The translations under genes and the position numbers were made by a program. From assembly GCA_964019335.1 (NCBI GenBank), contig OZ025725.1, forward strand, positions 62,001 through 126,000: 64,000 nucleotides of DNA. The letters are read 5' to 3'. Under the pieces are notes generated by a model. That model was given only the letters and a program-made list of their open reading frames with translations. It made no database searches and was not told where the DNA came from. This document shows, one piece after another, positions 59,009-64,000 of the stretch (positions are counted from its first letter, which is position 1; the number at the start of each line of letters is the position of its first letter). The stretch is from Diplonema japonicum (taxonomy: Eukaryota; Protista; Euglenozoa: Diplonemea).

Positions 59009-62000
59009 ATGCCGGTTCGATTTTGCGGTGAAAGTACAACGGATGACGACACGGACATCTCGTTCGAGGAAGGTGACGAGAATATTTCATTGAATAATGA
59101 GTACGATGATTTTCTGAAGTCCCTACAAGGGAGGGAAAGACAAAGATCGACGAGCCTGGCGTCGAGCCCAGTGTGCGACCCGCGCCTGGCAAGTCTGGAC
59201 GTCAAGCTTGACAATATCTCAACAAGCCCAAGAATGCTGAAAACTGCCCGCGAGGAACTTCTAGACGACGTTAACACCTACGGGATACACCACTGTGTAG
59301 GGAAGGTGTACCAAGCAATGAAGGACAACCCCAACGACAGCTTGTTAATCTCATGGGGCTTGGAGCTGCTCGAGGAGTGTTGCGCCATTGACAACGAGTT
59401 GCCCCCTGACGTGAGTATAGACCCGGAACACCTTTTCACGTGGATGGCCACACCAGAGTACGCGCTGCCCTGTCTTGAGCTTCTTATCTGCCTAACCCCA
59501 CAGCTTTTACAACTGAAGGATATTGAAAGGCTTTTGGACATTGTGTGTAGAAACATCAAAAGCCTACGAGACGCGGAGGCACTCGGAATCAGTTCCCCCG
59601 GCGGGCTGACAAGATCGAACACATCAGTCCGTGCGTCGTTCTGCCGAACGTTGAGCAAGGGCTTGAACCCGAACTACAACCCGAACACGGTGGCGATTCA
59701 AATAGCGATCCCGGTCGCGGAGGGTTGCTCGGAACTACTGCTCTCCATCATCGCCGAACGGCCGAAATGCGTCACCCCGGACCATGTGAAAATGGTTCTT
59801 GCCGGATTGACGAATTTTCAAGGTTTTCAAGACGAACCATACCTGTGGCTGATAAGCTTGCGAATTGTTCTTCATGTTGTGAAATCGAGAATGTTGCTCA
59901 AAACCGCTGCCATTGAGTACGGAGCAGTCGCGTACCTACACAGTGTGCTACGGACGGCACGGTTTATCGATCACGAAACGCAGATGAAGGGGCTTCAGAT
60001 ACTCACGGAGATACTCTTGGTCTTGCGGGGGGACCACAAGCATCTGTGGTCGCTGTTGCCCGACGTGGACTTGGTTGCGAGGCTGCTCGCAAAACAAACC
60101 AGCTTCGAAACCCCGTCCGTTCCCTTCCTCCTGTTCTCCGCGTTCGGTACGATCTTTTCGTTCGCCGCGCTTTCCAGCCACGCCCCGGACACCGTGGGCA
60201 TCTTGCTCAACCACGCAAAACACCTCACTGACAAACAAATCGCGTTGCAATGCTGTTCAACTGTACTTGAAATCTGCGGTGTAGACAGTGTGAAATCCCA
60301 CCTTGCGCAGGAAGAGAACTTCTCACTTCTAACCGATCTGATCAAATCAGACAGCAACGGGAATATTTCTTTACTAGCACGTGACGCCATGACACACCAC
60401 GCGCAGAGCGTGCCGAGTCATGTTTATCCGAAGAGCAATTTAATCCGCTTGCTGACAGACATGCTTGCCGACTCGGTTGCGGTGCGGACCGGAGTGAACG
60501 TCATAGAGATTCTTACCGAGAAAGAAGAGATCGCACCGGTGCTCAAAAATGCGTTCTTGGAATGCGAAACGACCGCCGCGTTGTGGACCGCAGCACGGTC
60601 CCCGAGCACCGCGCAGACAACCCAGTTGAAGATACTCCGCATTCTAACAACCCTGCAAAAAAAAGCCGCGTTTCTCGTCGATGCCCTGCCTTCCTTCACC
60701 CGCGAGGAAATTCTCGAAACGGCCCTCCCCGGCTGCCGACCTGACGCGGTGTACTTGTCGTCTTTGCTGTCGGAGCACTCTGTAGACAATGCACTGTACA
60801 GGCACGCCCTGGAGAGCATCCATGAGATATCCGAAACCACCCCGTGGGAGGTCCGTCGGACACTTCAAATAATTATCGAAACCCAACAAGGAACCGCTTG
60901 CAGACAATTTGAATACGAGGAATCGCAGCGCAGAATTACAATACAGCACGAAGCCGATTCGGGGCGGGTCCTCGCGTGGGCCTCGCTGCTCACCGAGGTC
61001 AGAGAAGGGTGCTGCCTGGAGGAAGCGGCGGAACGATCTGAGCTGGCGGATAGTTACAAGGCTCGAAAGGCCTCGATGGTTAGTTATCGGTTCGCCGATT
61101 TTATGTGCGAACGGCAGGCGATCTCCGTCGCGGAAGAAGCACAGCGAAGCATGCTCTTCGATACCTTGTTTGTGTGCAAGGATCTCCACGCAGTCCGTCT
61201 TGCTTGCAAGTTTTCCGAGTCCCAAGCACGCACAGACCTTTATGCCGAGCTGTTGTCTACTTATCCTCACCGGCCCGACCCCACCCCGGTTCACTCCTTG
61301 CTGATGTCAAGTTTGGAGGAACGGTTGGATCTTAGTTACGCTGAGTGTTCGGCGTGGTTGTGTCTATTGTCGGAGCTTGCAAAGTGCGTCAGGGAATGCG
61401 GGGTGAAGGAATGTAGAAAGAACTTCTACGACACAGCAGCGACGCGTCTTATAGAGGAAGAAGGCAGGGGGAGGGAAGAGATCAGGGGATTCCTCGGCAC
61501 GTACGAGGAACTCGCGGAATGGTGTAAACAGTACCCGCCACCACCACCGCCGCCGCCGCCGCCGCCACCCGCGCCTTCTCCGAAAGTTTACACAAGGACA
61601 CTTTCGAGCTGCGCTATGCAGGTTGCGAAGATACCTACTGCGGAGCCTTGCATGGTGGAAAGCGCATCGTCACCACGGATAGCAGAGATAGTTGTGCAGC
61701 CCTGCAGGACAGGGGTGTTCGGAGAGTGGAAACCGAAGGCGGTTGGCAGACCCGCATGGCAGGCAACAGAAGAACACGAAGAACACAAACAGCAGCCGAT
61801 AGCAAATGCTTCGCATGAGGAAGCCGCCGTGCAAGACCCTCAGTACGGCATCGCGCGTGAGATCGAACAGCTGAAAGTGCAATTGAAACATCTCACAAGG
61901 AGCATAGGGGGAACGTGTGATTCGGAATGGGCTGCATGGGAGGAGAGCCTATCAGATATGCACTACCCAAACACATATCTGCATAAGAAGGCAATCCTTG

Positions 62001-62335
62001 CCGACATCGCAAGGGTAGAGGTCTACAAGGAAGCCCTGAGGGCGACGTTGCGAGCCATCTTCGACAGGGAAAATATTCTGCATGCGATTAAAACAGCTGT
62101 AAGCCCATGTGTACACAGAAGGATAGGCACGCACGGGGTGTACACCAGGCTGAGCAAGAGAACAGAAGAACGCCGGTTTGCTGTGATGAAGACTCGGCTG
62201 TCTGCTGCCGACGGAACGGTGAGACGCTCTATCGCAGAGTGGCGTAAGGCGCTGCACAACACTTGCAAACCATTCACGTGGAGGGGTGTGGACTACGAGC
62301 GGAAGATGCTGCATGACACCCCCGATTGGTCCTGA
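59009..62335 (+). CDS. large helical (ARM-like) protein with Glu-rich repeats and polyproline
   Basis: 1108-aa ORF; Leu-rich helical N-terminal half; EE..R repeats; long polyproline tract. Confidence 0.75.
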   Translation: MPVRFCGESTTDDDTDISFEEGDENISLNNEYDDFLKSLQGRERQRSTSLASSPVCDPRLASLDVKLDNISTSPRMLKTAREELLDDVNTYGIHHCVGKVYQAMKDNPNDSLLISWGLELLEECCAIDNELPPDVSIDPEHLFTWMATPEYALPCLELLICLTPQLLQLKDIERLLDIVCRNIKSLRDAEALGISSPGGLTRSNTSVRASFCRTLSKGLNPNYNPNTVAIQIAIPVAEGCSELLLSIIAERPKCVTPDHVKMVLAGLTNFQGFQDEPYLWLISLRIVLHVVKSRMLLKTAAIEYGAVAYLHSVLRTARFIDHETQMKGLQILTEILLVLRGDHKHLWSLLPDVDLVARLLAKQTSFETPSVPFLLFSAFGTIFSFAALSSHAPDTVGILLNHAKHLTDKQIALQCCSTVLEICGVDSVKSHLAQEENFSLLTDLIKSDSNGNISLLARDAMTHHAQSVPSHVYPKSNLIRLLTDMLADSVAVRTGVNVIEILTEKEEIAPVLKNAFLECETTAALWTAARSPSTAQTTQLKILRILTTLQKKAAFLVDALPSFTREEILETALPGCRPDAVYLSSLLSEHSVDNALYRHALESIHEISETTPWEVRRTLQIIIETQQGTACRQFEYEESQRRITIQHEADSGRVLAWASLLTEVREGCCLEEAAERSELADSYKARKASMVSYRFADFMCERQAISVAEEAQRSMLFDTLFVCKDLHAVRLACKFSESQARTDLYAELLSTYPHRPDPTPVHSLLMSSLEERLDLSYAECSAWLCLLSELAKCVRECGVKECRKNFYDTAATRLIEEEGRGREEIRGFLGTYEELAEWCKQYPPPPPPPPPPPPAPSPKVYTRTLSSCAMQVAKIPTAEPCMVESASSPRIAEIVVQPCRTGVFGEWKPKAVGRPAWQATEEHEEHKQQPIANASHEEAAVQDPQYGIAREIEQLKVQLKHLTRSIGGTCDSEWAAWEESLSDMHYPNTYLHKKAILADIARVEVYKEALRATLRAIFDRENILHAIKTAVSPCVHRRIGTHGVYTRLSKRTEERRFAVMKTRLSAADGTVRRSIAEWRKALHNTCKPFTWRGVDYERKMLHDTPDWS

Positions 62336-62347
62336 AGAGGCCAAAAA

Positions 62348-63129
62348 AATAGCTATTTATTTGCAACAAATTATGGCCATAATTTACTCGAGAATCGTGG
62401 GTTTTTTGGCCGAGGGCCCGCAGGGCCCGAGGTCAAAAAAAACGGTTCGAGAGTAAATGGGATGGCCATATTTTGGCGCAAAGTAAGTAATTTTATCTGA
62501 TAGTTCAGAAATTGAGTCACTCCGAGTGACCGAGAAGGTGGGCCAAAAACCCAAAACCAAATTATGAGCTATCAACTGTCAATAATAGCTATCAAATTAT
62601 GAAAAACAGCCTATTTTCAGCTGATTCAGGCGGAAGTGCGGTGACCCTACACATTTTTAGTCCCCCAGGCAACCCTGTTGACCTGCGATATTGCACCTTT
62701 CCAGGTTATAGTTCTCCGTTACACGAAGACCCCCGAAGAAACCGCATGCAAACAAAGCACGGTACAGTAAGAAGCGGTTCAGCGGCTCAGACCCAGGGCA
62801 CTCCATAGACATGAGCTCCTCGAGATCCTCCCGTTCGAAAGTAGATGCTTTCGTCGGGGCCCTTGTTCTTCAGCACGCTCGCAAAAAAGTTTGACACGGT
62901 CCATTCCCCAACCTTCTGGTTGCACTTTTCCTTAAAAACTACCCTTATCTGGGAGTACTTGGTTCAAAGAGAAGAAGGGGCAGCGCCGTTTTTCTTCAGC
63001 TTCCTAAGATGAGCGACTTCAGTCGGTCCTTCGTCTTTTTCCCACGAAAGTCAGCCCATGTTTTCAGGTCCTGTGCTTTGCTTATTTCGGGTAGAAGACT
63101 CTCTTCCTTCTTCGTTTTCGGCATTTGAT

Positions 63130-63177
<48 letters not shown>

Positions 63178-63412
63178 ATGATCTTGAGCTCAAATGTGTT
63201 AAAAAGAATTTCACTCTGCCCCCAATAATGTCACTTTCCCCTATAATTTGGCAGCCACGGACCATAAACACCTACCTCCTGCCCATAATTGAGCTATCAA
63301 ATTATAGCCCAGATTATCAAATTATAGCCCGGATTATCAAATTATGAGAGGGGGGTAATCAGATTATAGGGGGGGGTTAGGAGTGAAGAAATTTCTGACC
63401 TATCAGATAAAA
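62348..63412 (-). mobile_element. Crypton-like tyrosine-recombinase element, copy C (decayed)
   Basis: AATAGCTATTTAT terminus; hairpin centred on GGCC-GA-GGGCCC-GCA-GGGCCC-GA-GGTC (62408-62434); IRs 62491-62523 / 63380-63412; TATCAAATTAT repeats; YR pseudogene. Confidence 0.8.
62657..63124 (-). pseudogene. tyrosine recombinase pseudogene (N-terminal half to box I)
   Basis: Hand translation: MPKTKKEESLLPEISKAQDLKTWADF, APSSL*TKYSQIR, TKASTFEREDLEELM...FACGFFGGLRVTENYNL; frameshifts and a stop. Confidence 0.8.
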
Positions 63413-63686
63413 AAAAAAAAAAAATAGATAGCGCACCATGTCTAAACCCCGTTAAACGAAGTCTCAAATGGCTTTAAGAACGCGAAGGGTTTTTAGAGAT
63501 ATGAAAGCGCGACCCTTCTTTCATTTACACTCTTTACAAGTATTTACTAAAGAAAAAAAAAATAGAAGAAAAGAAAAAAAAAGAAAAAAAAACATAACCT
63601 CCCCTCCTTCATTTTTTTTTTTTCTCCCCAGAAACCCCCCCTTACAACAACAAAGGGAGAAAAAAAAAAAAGAGAAAAAAAAGGAA

Positions 63687-64000
63687 ATGAGTGGCAGTGG
63701 TGGTGTGTTCCGTCAGAAATTTCTTAACCCCGATGACGTGACACTGCACTGCACAGATTTCAAGTTTGAAGATCGAGAGAAGGAGGTGTTGGAGATGGGG
63801 TGCGCGCTGACCGAGAGCGACCCCGACGAAGGCTGCGAAAACCGGAAGGGAGGACACGGCACAGCTTGGGAAAACCACTACAAAACACACAAGGAGAAAT
63901 TCTACCCCATCAAAAACTACATAATAAAGGCGTTTCCGGACCTCCTAGGAGAACCAAACGACGAATCCACCCCCCAACGCATTATGGAATGCGGGTGCGG
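63687..64000 (+). CDS. 3'-partial tRNA N3-methylcytidine methyltransferase (METTL2/6, Trm140-like)
   Basis: Open frame from ATG 63687 to the window end: AWENHYKTHKEKFYPIKNYIIKAFPDL...RIMECGC, matching the WD.FY..H...F....Y....FPEL...LEVGCG pattern. Confidence 0.8.
   Translation, partial: MSGSGGVFRQKFLNPDDVTLHCTDFKFEDREKEVLEMGCALTESDPDEGCENRKGGHGTAWENHYKTHKEKFYPIKNYIIKAFPDLLGEPNDESTPQRIMECGC

Overview
Eukaryotic nuclear DNA, most consistent with a euglenozoan, probably a diplonemid. This is an inference from co-directional gene packing, GTATG-type donors, PPR proteins and clustered snoRNAs. About 28 host genes all lie on the + strand, separated by A/T/C/G homopolymer-rich spacers, as expected of one polycistronic unit processed by trans-splicing. 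Reading through the ORF breaks gives 20 short GT-AG introns in 8 genes. Most are poly(A)/AC-rich with no polypyrimidine tract, and all sit in the 3' portion of their genes. The window also holds a tandem box C/D snoRNA array whose guide matches the SSU rRNA GAUUGACAGAUU helix, a 5'-truncated LINE bounded by T-runs, a decayed piggyBac with TTAA target duplication, and two MITE families. The most notable find is three diverged copies of a Crypton-like tyrosine-recombinase element. They share a terminal TAGCTATTTAT motif, a long hairpin with a GNA triloop and tandem GA/GA mismatches, and subterminal inverted repeats that also carry a GA/GA mismatch, which points to a single-stranded-DNA intermediate. 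All calls are by-eye motif readings; no searches were run.
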